Shown here piece by piece: positions 38,472 to 47,990 of a stretch of 64,000 nucleotides of DNA (the stretch's first letter is position 1; the number at the start of each line of letters is the position of its first letter). The DNA is from an uncultured bacterium. Lineage in GTDB: Bacteria; Acidobacteriota; Thermoanaerobaculia; Multivoradales; JAHZIX01. Made by a program: the position numbers and the translations under genes. The notes beneath the pieces were generated by a model. That model searched no databases. It saw only the letters and a list, made by a program, of their open reading frames with translations, and was not told the DNA's origin. The stretch lies in contig CBDUPA010000017.1 in NCBI GenBank assembly GCA_965368975.1, forward strand, positions 86,325-150,324, read 5' to 3'.

Positions 38472-38706
38472 CGGTACGGATCTCCATGCCGGCTGTGCAC
38501 AGGCGCAAGCAGGCACGCTGGCCGCGCTCGCTGTCGATGGTCACGCGACAGCCTTGGCACACACCCATGGCGCACCAGGTCGAGATGGAACTGCCCGTCG
38601 TTAGACGACCAGCGAGCAGCGCCGCCACCGTCGTGCCGCTCGTGACCTCGTGGGGCGCGCCGTCGAGCTGGACGGTCATCTTTGAGTGAGGCGGCGCATC
38701 AAGCAT
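38461..38706 (-). CDS. 2Fe-2S subunit (D-hydroxyproline dehydrogenase gamma-like)
   Basis: CAMGVCQGC...RAC; coupled to neighbours. Confidence 0.85.
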   Translation of the reverse strand: MLDAPPHSKMTVQLDGAPHEVTSGTTVAALLAGRLTTGSSISTWCAMGVCQGCRVTIDSERGQRACLRLCTAGMEIRTDDA

Positions 38707-39904
38707 GGGCGACCTCCCGCATCGGGAGCGCGGCGGGTGGCAGGAAGGGAGTCGCGTCGATGCCCGGTGTGCGTCCCAGGATGTGGTCGCGTAGCAGTTC
38801 ACCCGTGACCAGCGCGGTGGTGATGCCCAGACCCTCGTGGCCGGCCGCCAGCAGGATCGACGGATGGCCGGGGAGTGGGCCGATCAAGGGAAGCTTGCCG
38901 GCACCGAAGATCGCGGGGCGCAGTCCGGTCCACACGCGCAGCGCCCTGGCCTGCGCGAGCGCGGGCACGAAGCGCAGCGCGCGCCGGAGCATGTCGGCGA
39001 CCAGTCTGCGGTCAACAGGGTGGCGGTCGACGGCGTGGTCGTCGATGGCACAGGAACTGGCGTCGTCGTACTGGCGCGACGAGCCGACCAGGGCCTGGCC
39101 ATCGGGGCGCGGTTGCAGATTGAAGGCGACCGACCGCGCCGCGTCCCCGTGGACGCTCTTCTGGTAGCCGAGCTCGACCAGCTGGTGGTGGCAGAAGGGT
39201 TCGCCGCCACCGTCGGTTACGACCAGATGTCCTTTGCGCGGGAGCAGCTCGGCCGCGATCGGCTCCGGCAGCAGTCGCAAGGCCTGGAGACCGGCGGCGC
39301 AGAGGAGCCACGGGGCGTGGACCCGGCCACCGTCACGCAAGTGGATAGCATCTGCTTCGATGCTCGTGACCTCGACGCCGAAGCACAGCCGAGCCCCGGC
39401 GTCGCGTGCCTGTTCGAGCAACCAGCGCGTCGCGGCGGGTGGATAAACGATTGCGTCGTGCGGCACGCGCAGGCCGCCCGCCAGGTCGTCGGCGAGCCGG
39501 GGTTCCAGGCGGAAGAGTTCCCGCGCCGGCACGCGCTCCGCCATCACGCCGGCAGCGCGCAGGATGCGCTGCTTGTGATCGGCCAGGGCCAGTTCGTCTT
39601 CTGTTTCGGCGAGCCACAGCGTGCCCGAAGTCGACCACTGGGAGTCCGCCGGCAAGTCCGGCGCCAGCTGCCGCCACAACTCCCGGCCGTAGCTGGTGAG
39701 TGCGAGCAGGTGCGGATCGTCCTCGACCACCAAGAGGTGTCCCATCCCCGCGCCGGTGGCGCCGGGAAAGCAGCCGAGCGCGGGCGCCGCGTCCAGCACG
39801 GTGACGCGCAGGCCCGCCCGGCTCAGCTGCCAGGCGCACGCCGCGCCGACGATGCCGGCGCCGACGATCAGCACGTCCGCTTCCGCCGTGTCCGGCCGCT
39901 TCAT
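38699..39904 (-). CDS. DAO-family FAD oxidoreductase (D-hydroxyproline dehydrogenase beta-like)
   Basis: GAGIVG, ATGAGMGH, PRKGH, WTGLRP, GHEGLGIT. Confidence 0.87.
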   Translation of the reverse strand: MKRPDTAEADVLIVGAGIVGAACAWQLSRAGLRVTVLDAAPALGCFPGATGAGMGHLLVVEDDPHLLALTSYGRELWRQLAPDLPADSQWSTSGTLWLAETEDELALADHKQRILRAAGVMAERVPARELFRLEPRLADDLAGGLRVPHDAIVYPPAATRWLLEQARDAGARLCFGVEVTSIEADAIHLRDGGRVHAPWLLCAAGLQALRLLPEPIAAELLPRKGHLVVTDGGGEPFCHHQLVELGYQKSVHGDAARSVAFNLQPRPDGQALVGSSRQYDDASSCAIDDHAVDRHPVDRRLVADMLRRALRFVPALAQARALRVWTGLRPAIFGAGKLPLIGPLPGHPSILLAAGHEGLGITTALVTGELLRDHILGRTPGIDATPFLPPAALPMREVAHA

Positions 39905-40959
39905 GCGCTCCTCCGCGTCAAGGGGTCGTCCGCTTCCACTACCACGCGCGCCTCGCCGGTCAGGTAGGCGCGGCCGTTGATCGTCGGGATGATGCGGTCG
40001 TCAGGTCCTGGGCGGTAAGAGGCCTCGAAGGACGTGCCGATACAGCTCTCCTGGCGCCAGAGTTCGCCAGCGCCCAACCGTCCGTCCGCGGCCAGGCAAG
40101 CCAGATTGGCGCTGGTCCCGGTGCCGCATGGCGAGCGATCGTGGGTGCCGCTCGGACACAGCACGTAGTTGCGCTGCTGGAAGTCGCTGCACGAGGCGCG
40201 ACCGGTGACGTAGATGTGGTCGATCTCGGGATGACCCTGGCGCTGCAGGGCTCGACGCACGTCGGTGGCGAAGCCGCGCAACCGATCCAGCTCGTAGGGG
40301 CCGATGCTATCCATCGGGTCGGCGGTGAGGAAGAACCAGTTGCCGCCGTAGGCGATGTCGCCACGGATCACCCCGTGGTGCTCGGTACCGACCTCGAAGC
40401 CCTGACGCTCGCGAAAGCTCGCCACGTTTTCGATCGACACCGAGCCGTCGATCTCGAGCGTCGCGTGGACGGTGCCGGCCGGTGTCTCGATCGGGTACCG
40501 ACCCTGTGCCAGCCCCGCCACCCGCGCCAGCGTGTGCACCAGGCCGATCGTCGCGTGCACGCACATGTCGAGGTAGCCGGCACTGTTGAAGAACACCACC
40601 TGCAGCAGCGCCACCGCGTCGACCGGCTCGCCGATCACCACGCCCACGGACGCCTGCTGTCCCCAGGGCTCGCTGACCAGCAACACGCGCAGCTCGTCGA
40701 AGTCGCGTGCCATGCGTCGCTGCCGCTGACGCGCATCGCCGCCACCCAGATCCGGCAGTCCAGAGAGCACGAAGCGCGTCGGCTCCCCGGCGGTGTGAGA
40801 GTCGAGAACGTGCAGGGCATGTTGCGACGCTTTAGCGAATGTCGCTTGCCTCGTGCCGAGGGCTGCCTGCAGCCTTGCCCAATGATTCTTGGGCTCCTGC
40901 AGCTCTTGCAGCTCCCGCAGAGGGGATTGAGAGGATCGATCGAAGTCCACTGCCGTCAT
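39901..40959 (-). CDS. Proline racemase family, probable 4-hydroxyproline epimerase
   Basis: DSHTAGEPTR, MCVH, DIAYGGNWF, DRSPCGTGT (both catalytic Cys present). Confidence 0.85.
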   Translation of the reverse strand: MTAVDFDRSSQSPLRELQELQEPKNHWARLQAALGTRQATFAKASQHALHVLDSHTAGEPTRFVLSGLPDLGGGDARQRQRRMARDFDELRVLLVSEPWGQQASVGVVIGEPVDAVALLQVVFFNSAGYLDMCVHATIGLVHTLARVAGLAQGRYPIETPAGTVHATLEIDGSVSIENVASFRERQGFEVGTEHHGVIRGDIAYGGNWFFLTADPMDSIGPYELDRLRGFATDVRRALQRQGHPEIDHIYVTGRASCSDFQQRNYVLCPSGTHDRSPCGTGTSANLACLAADGRLGAGELWRQESCIGTSFEASYRPGPDDRIIPTINGRAYLTGEARVVVEADDPLTRRSA

Positions 40960-40968
40960 AGCAGCGTA

Positions 40969-41009
40969 TTGATAGCAAGCGTACGCGGCGATTGTCAACG
41001 CTATAGCGT
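40969..41009 (-). promoter_or_regulatory. Sigma70-like promoter of the hydroxyproline operon with adjacent palindrome
   Basis: TTGACA (40998-40993), 18-nt spacer, TG-n-TATCAA (40974-40969), 9 nt before ATG 40959; palindrome ACGCTATAGCGT at 40998-41009. Confidence 0.5.
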
Positions 41010-41183
41010 ATGAATCTGTGAGTGTTCACCCTGGTTTCGGGGGCGGTGACCGAGCTGTGAAGCAGGAGATTGTGACGCAGAGAGGATGCGCGCCCCTCGA
41101 CTACCAGGTACAGCTGATATCTTTGCAGTTCGTCGATGTGCGGTGGGCGGTAGACCCGTGACTCGGACCTAGCGAGGGAGACG

Positions 41184-42509
41184 ATGGCCAAGAAGAAGGA
41201 TCAGGGTGGTGTCTTTGGATGGTTTCTCAGCTCGGAGGTCGCCGGTAGCGCGGTGCTGCTCACCTGCGCGATCGCGGCGCTGGTCTGGGCCAACTCGCCG
41301 TGGGCCGACGTCTACCAGGAACTGATCCACACCTACTTGGGGGTCTCGATCGGAGACGTCAGCTTCAAGCTGTCGCTCGAGCATTGGGTCGGCGATGGCC
41401 TGATGGTGATCTTCTTCTTCGTCGTGGGGTTGGAGATCAAGCGCGAAGTCGTGCTGGGAGAGCTGTCGGAATGGCGCAACGCGGTGTTGCCGGCGAGTGC
41501 CGCCGCCGGGGGCATGTTGGTGCCGGCGCTGTTCTACTACGCACTCAATGCCGGTGGTCCCGGCGCCAGTGGTTGGGGCGTACCGATGGCCACCGACATC
41601 GCCTTCGCACTTGGCATCCTGGCGCTGTTCGGAGACAAGGTGCCGATCGGGCTCAAGGTCTTTCTCACCGCCCTGGCGATTGTCGACGACCTCGGGGCAG
41701 TGTTGGTGATCGCGCTCTTCTACACGGACCAGATCGCCTTCGAGGGCTTGATTCTGGCGGCTGCCTGTCTCGCCGTCCTGGTGGGCTTGGGCCGGTCGAG
41801 AATTCGCGCCGTGTGGTTCTACTTGATCTTCGCTTTTGGTGTGTGGGCGGGTGTGCTGATGTCCGGGGTGCATGCGACGATCGCCGGTGTGCTGTTGGCG
41901 CTGGTGATTCCCGTGCGACCGAAGATCGACCCGGGAGAATTCCTCGAGAGAGCACGCGGAAATCTGGACCACTTGGAAGGGCGTGGCTTGACGAAGGACA
42001 GCTTGGTCAAGGATCCAGAGCAGTTCCAGGCACTGGAAGACATCTACTTGCAGGCAGAGGACATGCGGCCGGCCGGTTTGGCACTCGAGCATGCACTGCA
42101 TCCAGTGCAGGCGATGTTGATTCTGCCCATCTTCGCGCTCTTCAAGGCCGGTGTGCCGCTCGGTTCGGACACCCTCGGCATGCTGGGCAATCCGATCACG
42201 CTCGGCATTATCGCGGGCCTCATCGCCGGCAAGCAGATTGGCGTGCTCGGCGCGGTATGGCTGGCGGTGAAGAGCGGCTGGACGCAGCTCCCCAGCGGTT
42301 GTAGCTGGTGGCACATGTGGGGCGCCAGCTGCCTGGCCGGCGTCGGCTTCACCATGTCGATCTTCATCAGCGACCTGGCGTTCGCCGACCAGCTATTGAT
42401 CGCCGAGGCCAAGGTCGGTGTCCTGATCGCATCGGTGCTCGCCGGCATCATCGGCATTCTGGTGCTGCGCAAGGCTGTTGCCAGGCCACCAACCGCTGGG
42501 AATCGCTGA
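41184..42509 (+). CDS. nhaA: Na+/H+ antiporter NhaA
   Basis: FFFVVGLEIKRE, GWGVPMATDIAFA, LAIVDD, GVGFTMSIFI. Confidence 0.93.
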   Translation: MAKKKDQGGVFGWFLSSEVAGSAVLLTCAIAALVWANSPWADVYQELIHTYLGVSIGDVSFKLSLEHWVGDGLMVIFFFVVGLEIKREVVLGELSEWRNAVLPASAAAGGMLVPALFYYALNAGGPGASGWGVPMATDIAFALGILALFGDKVPIGLKVFLTALAIVDDLGAVLVIALFYTDQIAFEGLILAAACLAVLVGLGRSRIRAVWFYLIFAFGVWAGVLMSGVHATIAGVLLALVIPVRPKIDPGEFLERARGNLDHLEGRGLTKDSLVKDPEQFQALEDIYLQAEDMRPAGLALEHALHPVQAMLILPIFALFKAGVPLGSDTLGMLGNPITLGIIAGLIAGKQIGVLGAVWLAVKSGWTQLPSGCSWWHMWGASCLAGVGFTMSIFISDLAFADQLLIAEAKVGVLIASVLAGIIGILVLRKAVARPPTAGNR

Positions 42510-43115
42510 GTGGGCAGCCGGCGCCGCGACACTGCGGGGCCATCGTGGGTCCTGCTCGCGCTCGTCGTGCTGCTCCTGGGGCTCGGCCTCGCGCTGACGT
42601 GGTACCAGCCGGACCGTCCGGTCGCCACCATCGATCCGGGCTCCTCGTCGGGACCGGCCTTCGTCGTGCAGATCATCCGGCCGCGCCTCGGCCTGCCGCT
42701 AGGCGGTGTCGTCTCGCCGGCGCTCTTCGGGCAGGAGTCGCACCTGGGCTTCGACTCGACGAGCCCGGGGGCCACGTTCGCGATCTCCACGGCGGATGCA
42801 TCCAGTCGCTTCGAGTTCAGTAGAGAAGGATGGCATGTGGTCCTGGTGCACGAGGGCGACGGCAACGTCGCCGTCACGACGCAGGCCGTCTTCGAGTTCG
42901 TCTTCCAGGAGCACCCGCGCACGGTGCGCTGTCGCCCGGACGATCCGGCGCAAGGCACGCTCGACATCGTGCAGCTGCCCGAGGCGGATGAACTCAGTGG
43001 CAGCTTCGACATCGAGCTGGCTCACTGCGAGGGCGTTGATTCTGGGACCCCTCTCGGCTGGCCCCCGCGGCCTCTGGTGCTCCACGGCAGCTTCGATCGC
43101 CTGCCGTCGCCGTAG
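42510..43115 (+). CDS. Membrane-anchored hypothetical protein
   Basis: GTG directly after the nhaA stop; N-terminal TM helix; beta-rich domain with two Cys. Confidence 0.65.
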   Translation: MGSRRRDTAGPSWVLLALVVLLLGLGLALTWYQPDRPVATIDPGSSSGPAFVVQIIRPRLGLPLGGVVSPALFGQESHLGFDSTSPGATFAISTADASSRFEFSREGWHVVLVHEGDGNVAVTTQAVFEFVFQEHPRTVRCRPDDPAQGTLDIVQLPEADELSGSFDIELAHCEGVDSGTPLGWPPRPLVLHGSFDRLPSP

Positions 43116-43214
43116 CGGCTAGCAGCGGCACTGCGAGGAAATTCCCTGGCCTTGGTTGGCCCCTTTTTCTGTTCACCCCGTTGACCTGGGTGAGATAGGA
43201 AAAGGAGGCTGACC

Positions 43215-44360
43215 ATGTTGACCCATCTGCTGAGCCGTTTCGAGAACGTCCACCGCGCGACCACACCCGAAGAGAAGGAAGCCGTCTACCGCTTTCGCTA
43301 CGAGGTCTACGCCGAGGAATTCGGCCGCGAGCTCGGCTCGCCCGACCACGAGCAGCGCATCGTGCGCGACGCCGACGACGACCGGTCGACCACGACGATT
43401 CTCTACACCGGCACGCCGGACCACATCACCGGTACCGTGCGCATCCGTCATTGGGCGCCGGGGCACGTGCCGCACCACGACTTTGACGAGCTGTCGATGG
43501 ACTTGATCCCGGGCGTCGAGCGGTTGGGCACGGGCGAGATCGGGCGCTTGATGGTGAAGCGGGGCATGCGCGGCAAGTTGATCGTCGCGTCCCTGGTGCG
43601 GGCCAGCTACGAGGTCTTCGTCGGTGAGCACGCCACCGACCTCGTCTTCTGCTACTGCTCGCCCGGCCTGGTCGACTACTACCGGTCGATTGCCATGCGG
43701 GCCTTCGGCGGTCGCATGATCCACGCGCCAGACGGCGTAATGATCCCCTTGCTGGCGGTCACCTCGGACGTCGCCTACTACCGGCAGGAACGCTCCTTCC
43801 TGATGCCGCTGGTGCGCCGCTACTTCGGCCCGGGCAAGCGGTCGCGTCTGGACCTCGAGCCGTTCCTGCCGCTGTTCGAGAATGGCAACGGCATCGAGAC
43901 CAAGGCGGAGATCGTGGCCAGTACGGCGACCGCCGCTCTCTTCAGCACCCAGGCCGGCGCCAGCTCGTCCAACTTCTTGCTGCAGTTGCCCGAAGACGCG
44001 CGCGATGCCTTGCTGCGGCGGGGTTTCCTGCTCGACGTGCCGAGCGGTACACTGATGACACGCGAAGGCTTTGCCGAAACCGAACTCTACCTGGTGCTCG
44101 ACGGGGACTTCGAGGCCGAGGCCGGAGGCTTCGACTGCGGCACGATTCGCCGCGGCGAGATCTTCGGCGAGGACGGCTTCCTGTCCACCGATCACCGCCG
44201 CCGCTTGTCGGTGCGCGCGCGCCGTGACTCGCGCGTGCTGGTGCTGCGTGGACGCTCGATCGAGAAGCTGGCGCGTCGCGAGCCGCGGATCGGTACTCTG
44301 CTGCACACACACTTGAGCGAGTTGTCGATGGCTCGCGGTGCGGGTGCCGTAGCGGCCTGA
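43215..44360 (+). CDS. GNAT (N-acyl amino acid synthase/FeeM-like) fused to a cNMP-binding domain
   Basis: AGGAGG RBS; VYRFRYEVY.EE, GTVRI, EIGRLMV...RG; C-terminal LYLVLDG...GEIFGE...RRLSVRA. Confidence 0.8.
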   Translation: MLTHLLSRFENVHRATTPEEKEAVYRFRYEVYAEEFGRELGSPDHEQRIVRDADDDRSTTTILYTGTPDHITGTVRIRHWAPGHVPHHDFDELSMDLIPGVERLGTGEIGRLMVKRGMRGKLIVASLVRASYEVFVGEHATDLVFCYCSPGLVDYYRSIAMRAFGGRMIHAPDGVMIPLLAVTSDVAYYRQERSFLMPLVRRYFGPGKRSRLDLEPFLPLFENGNGIETKAEIVASTATAALFSTQAGASSSNFLLQLPEDARDALLRRGFLLDVPSGTLMTREGFAETELYLVLDGDFEAEAGGFDCGTIRRGEIFGEDGFLSTDHRRRLSVRARRDSRVLVLRGRSIEKLARREPRIGTLLHTHLSELSMARGAGAVAA

Positions 44361-44448
44361 GGGTGGCGATCGCTACTCGGCGCTAGAATCCGCTGATTCG
44401 TTGAACAGCACAACTCATTTTCAGCAGCAGCAACCCAAGGAGTCCTCC

Positions 44449-44709
44449 ATGGCACTAGACACCGCCTCCCGCCTCCTCGCAACCCTCGCCCTCGACTGGA
44501 ACCAGCTGCGCGACTTCCGCGCCGCCGACAAGAACTCGCAGGCGCAACGGGCGCAGCGTCAACTCGTTCTCGATCAATTCGACGGTGAGTTCGACGAAAC
44601 TGAGCGCGAGCTGTTCCTGGCCGCGCGCTTCGACCTGCTCTTCGACCTGCTCGCCGACGACGACAGGGATACCGGACCCGGACCGGAGGAACGGAATCCG
44701 GACGGCTGA
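44449..44709 (+). CDS. Small acidic helical hypothetical protein (86 aa)
   Basis: AAGGAG RBS, ATG 44449, genome-typical codon usage. Confidence 0.65.
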   Translation: MALDTASRLLATLALDWNQLRDFRAADKNSQAQRAQRQLVLDQFDGEFDETERELFLAARFDLLFDLLADDDRDTGPGPEERNPDG

Positions 44710-44726
44710 GCGCAAGACGGGATCTA

Positions 44727-47700
44727 CTACCGGGAATCGCCTGAAGCGCCGCGGGCTGCGAGCCAGAGCCCCGGCGTTTCGAGGCGTTCCGGTCCTGCCT
44801 CGGCGATGCGACGCCGCCACGCCGAGGCTGCCGCTCGATCCCCGCGAGCTTCGGCGACACGGACCAGGGCGTCCCAGATGAAAACGTGATCCGGCAAGAC
44901 TTCGGCGAACTCCATGCCTCGGGGCGGTAGCAGTAGAGCAGCCTCGGACAGCAGCTGCTGCGCCGTCTCCAGGTCGCCACGCGCCAGCGCCAGCCTGCCT
45001 TCGAGGTGCAGCATCTGGCGTTGCTCCACCGGCGGCACATCGGGACCACGGTGTACGACTCGACGCTGCAGCTCGGTCCAGATCGTCCTAGCGGTGTCGA
45101 GATGGCGCGCCGCGTCTTCCGCTTGCGGCTGAGTCAGGTCCAGATGCGCGAGAGCTTGCAAGAAGAGTCCGTGCACCTCCGGCCAGTCACCGGGGGACGC
45201 CTCCTGTGCCCGCCGCGCCGCAAGCACGGCCGCTGCGGGGTCGTCCACGGCGAGTAGCAGGCGTGCATGCCGGTTGTGCAGCAGCGCCAGCTTGCCGACG
45301 CTCGTTTCTTCGCCCAGGGAGACGGTCGCCTCGAGCATGGCCAGCGCCGCTTGCGGCCGTCCGGCCAGCTCCTCGTCGAGGGCCTGTCGCAGCATGCCTT
45401 CGATCCGGTCGCCGGGATCGTCGAGCGCCAGCATGCGCGCGGTCACGCGCTGCGCCTCGGGCAGATCGCCCGCCAGCGTGTGCAGCTCCCACAAGCTGTC
45501 CAGGATCCGGACGTCGTCCTCACCTCGTAGCTCTCTCGCGCGCTGCAAGGTCGCCAGTGCCGTGTTTCGCGACACGACGTCGTCAGCCGTCAGTGCTTGG
45601 ACCACGCCGAGCACGTGCTGTACTTTCCACAGCTCCGGCCGCTCGGCCGCGTACGCTTCCAGCAGTTCGACCGCTTCGCGTTCGCGGCCCAGGACGAGAT
45701 AGAAGAGCGCCGTGTTGGTGCGCGCTCCGGTCCAGGTGCTGCCGTCGTCCAGGGCGCGCTGGTACTGCGCCAGCGCCGCCTCGTAGCGTCCCTGCGTGGC
45801 ATAGTTGAGGCCCAGGTTCTCCCGCCAGGGTGTCCGACTCGGATAGAGTTCGAGCCCCTTCTCGTACACCTCGTTGCTCTCCGGCAGCGTGCTCCAGCTA
45901 TAACTGAGGTGCCCGGCGCGCACCGAGATGCGCTCGCGCGGCGGTAGCCGGTCGGCCAGGTCGAACGCGCGCTGCATCAACTCCGCTCGTTGCACGTTCT
46001 GACCCAGGTTGCCGTGCAGGGTCGCCTTGGCGCGCAGGGCGAGCGCGAAGTCGGGGTCGATCTCCAGCGCCTCGGCCAGGTGCTCGATCGCTTCGCGATC
46101 GCGTCCCTGGTTGGCCAGCGTCAGACCTTCAGAGTAGCGCCGCCAGGCGAGCAGCGACGGGCCGTACGCGCTCACCGCGCCACCTCCGCTTGCCGTTGCC
46201 AGTCGTTGGGCTCCCAGCCGCCGTGCGACCTCCACTGCCAGCTGGTCCGCCAGGTGTAAGAAACACTCGTCGCCCTCCGGTTCGATCACCTGGCCCGCCG
46301 CCAGTGTGCGACTATCCGCACCGTCCCGGCGCTCGATGTCGTAGGTGATCCGGCACTGGCGTCCCTGTCGCAGGAAACTGCCCCTCAGCACCACTTCCTT
46401 GCCGTGTCGCGTCGCCACCTGCCGCACTTGCGCCGGTGTCAAGCGAGGCGCGTCGAGAACTCCGACCTCCGCCAGCGTCGCGTACAGCTGGTTGGTGCTC
46501 AGCACGTCCAGGTCCGGCGACTGCCGTAGCTCGGTGACCACCATCTCGGTCAGGCCCTGGCGCAGCCAGTCGAGGTCGGGATCGTCGCGCAGATTCCGGA
46601 AGTGCAGCACCAGCAGGCGGTGGTGTGAAGCCGGCGTGCCGACGCTGCCGGGCGCTGCGCTGGGAGTCTCGACGGAAGTTTCCGAGGGCATGCGCAGCCA
46701 CAAAGTGCCCAGCGTCACGGCGGTAGCCAGGAAGACGAGAGTCAAGATCGCGGCCAGCGGCGAGGCTTCGAAACGGATCGAAGGAAGCGTCGTGGCTGCG
46801 TGCCCTTTGTCAGCCTTCTCCACGGCCGTGGTCTCGACCGCCTCCAGCTCGGCGATCAGCTCGCCCATGTCGGCATGCCGCTGCGCCGGATCCTTGGTCA
46901 AGGCTCGGTCGACGATCGGCTGAAAGAGTGCGCACTGGACTGGCAGTCGGGGCGTCTCCTGCTGCACGATGGCGCGCAGCACGCCGCCGGTGTGATCGAT
47001 CTCGAAGGGCCGTCGACCGCTCAGCATCTGGAACAGCAGCACGCCCAGCGCCCAGACGTCCGAGCGGGCGTCGACCGTCTCGCCCAAGACCTGCTCGGGC
47101 GACATGTAAGCCGGTGTGCCAATGCGCATGCCGGTCTGCGTCAGCGTCGCCTGCGGCAGCTGCGTTCCGCCATGAAGGCCGGAGGCCATGCGCGCGATGC
47201 CGAAGTCCAGCACCTTGACGTCGGCGTCCATGTCCGTCTCGGAACTCGAACCGGTCTCCGGCGTCGTCAACATCACGTTCGCCGGCTTGACGTCACGGTG
47301 CACGATGCCCGCCTCGTGCGCTCGCCGCAGCCCGCGCGCCACCGCCAGCGCTACGCGGCGGGCCTGCGCTGGCGGCAACGGCCCGCGTCGCAGTCGTTGC
47401 TCCAGCGTCTCGCCGTCGTAGTAGGCCATGACGATGTACGGCTGTCCCTGCGGCCCCTTACCGATGTCGTGGATGGTGCACAGGTTGGGGTGGTCCAGCG
47501 CCGAGGCCAGCTGAGCCTCGCGTAGGAAGCGGTCTACCCGCGCGTCGCCCGAACTCGACGCCTCGCCGGATCCTTCGGCCAACTCCCGAGGCAGCACCTT
47601 CACCGCCACCCGTCGTCGCAGTCGCGTGTCGAGCCCCAGGTACACCACTCCCATGCCACCCGCGCCCAGTCGTTGGTCGAGACGATACGGCCCGAGCCGC

Positions 47701-47990
47701 GTGCCGAGCAGTGGATCCGGCTGCGAGGGATCGTCGACCGCCGACGTCTCCGGCTCGCCCCCGGGCACCAGCTCCGGCGCATGCCCGGCCGCCGACGTGT
47801 CCAGCACACCGCCCCGGACCGAGTCGCCATGGGCGTCGGCATCCAGATACTCTTCCACCTCGGAACGCAGCTCCGCATCCTCGCCGCACAGCGCGTCGAG
47901 CTGCTGCGGCCACGTCGCTGGATCGCTGTCGAACAGGACATCCAGAATCTCCTGCGCCTGCCGCCAGCGCTCCTTCGCCCCAGGCGTCAT
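44727..47990 (-). CDS. Membrane Ser/Thr protein kinase with TolB-N-like and TPR sensor domains
   Basis: GAGGMGVVY, VAVK, HRDVKPAN, DFG, GTPAYMSPE; TM helix; TPRs; N-terminal LDALCGEDAELRSEVE typical of ECF-associated kinases. Confidence 0.92.
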   Translation of the reverse strand: MTPGAKERWRQAQEILDVLFDSDPATWPQQLDALCGEDAELRSEVEEYLDADAHGDSVRGGVLDTSAAGHAPELVPGGEPETSAVDDPSQPDPLLGTRLGPYRLDQRLGAGGMGVVYLGLDTRLRRRVAVKVLPRELAEGSGEASSSGDARVDRFLREAQLASALDHPNLCTIHDIGKGPQGQPYIVMAYYDGETLEQRLRRGPLPPAQARRVALAVARGLRRAHEAGIVHRDVKPANVMLTTPETGSSSETDMDADVKVLDFGIARMASGLHGGTQLPQATLTQTGMRIGTPAYMSPEQVLGETVDARSDVWALGVLLFQMLSGRRPFEIDHTGGVLRAIVQQETPRLPVQCALFQPIVDRALTKDPAQRHADMGELIAELEAVETTAVEKADKGHAATTLPSIRFEASPLAAILTLVFLATAVTLGTLWLRMPSETSVETPSAAPGSVGTPASHHRLLVLHFRNLRDDPDLDWLRQGLTEMVVTELRQSPDLDVLSTNQLYATLAEVGVLDAPRLTPAQVRQVATRHGKEVVLRGSFLRQGRQCRITYDIERRDGADSRTLAAGQVIEPEGDECFLHLADQLAVEVARRLGAQRLATASGGGAVSAYGPSLLAWRRYSEGLTLANQGRDREAIEHLAEALEIDPDFALALRAKATLHGNLGQNVQRAELMQRAFDLADRLPPRERISVRAGHLSYSWSTLPESNEVYEKGLELYPSRTPWRENLGLNYATQGRYEAALAQYQRALDDGSTWTGARTNTALFYLVLGREREAVELLEAYAAERPELWKVQHVLGVVQALTADDVVSRNTALATLQRARELRGEDDVRILDSLWELHTLAGDLPEAQRVTARMLALDDPGDRIEGMLRQALDEELAGRPQAALAMLEATVSLGEETSVGKLALLHNRHARLLLAVDDPAAAVLAARRAQEASPGDWPEVHGLFLQALAHLDLTQPQAEDAARHLDTARTIWTELQRRVVHRGPDVPPVEQRQMLHLEGRLALARGDLETAQQLLSEAALLLPPRGMEFAEVLPDHVFIWDALVRVAEARGDRAAASAWRRRIAEAGPERLETPGLWLAARGASGDSR

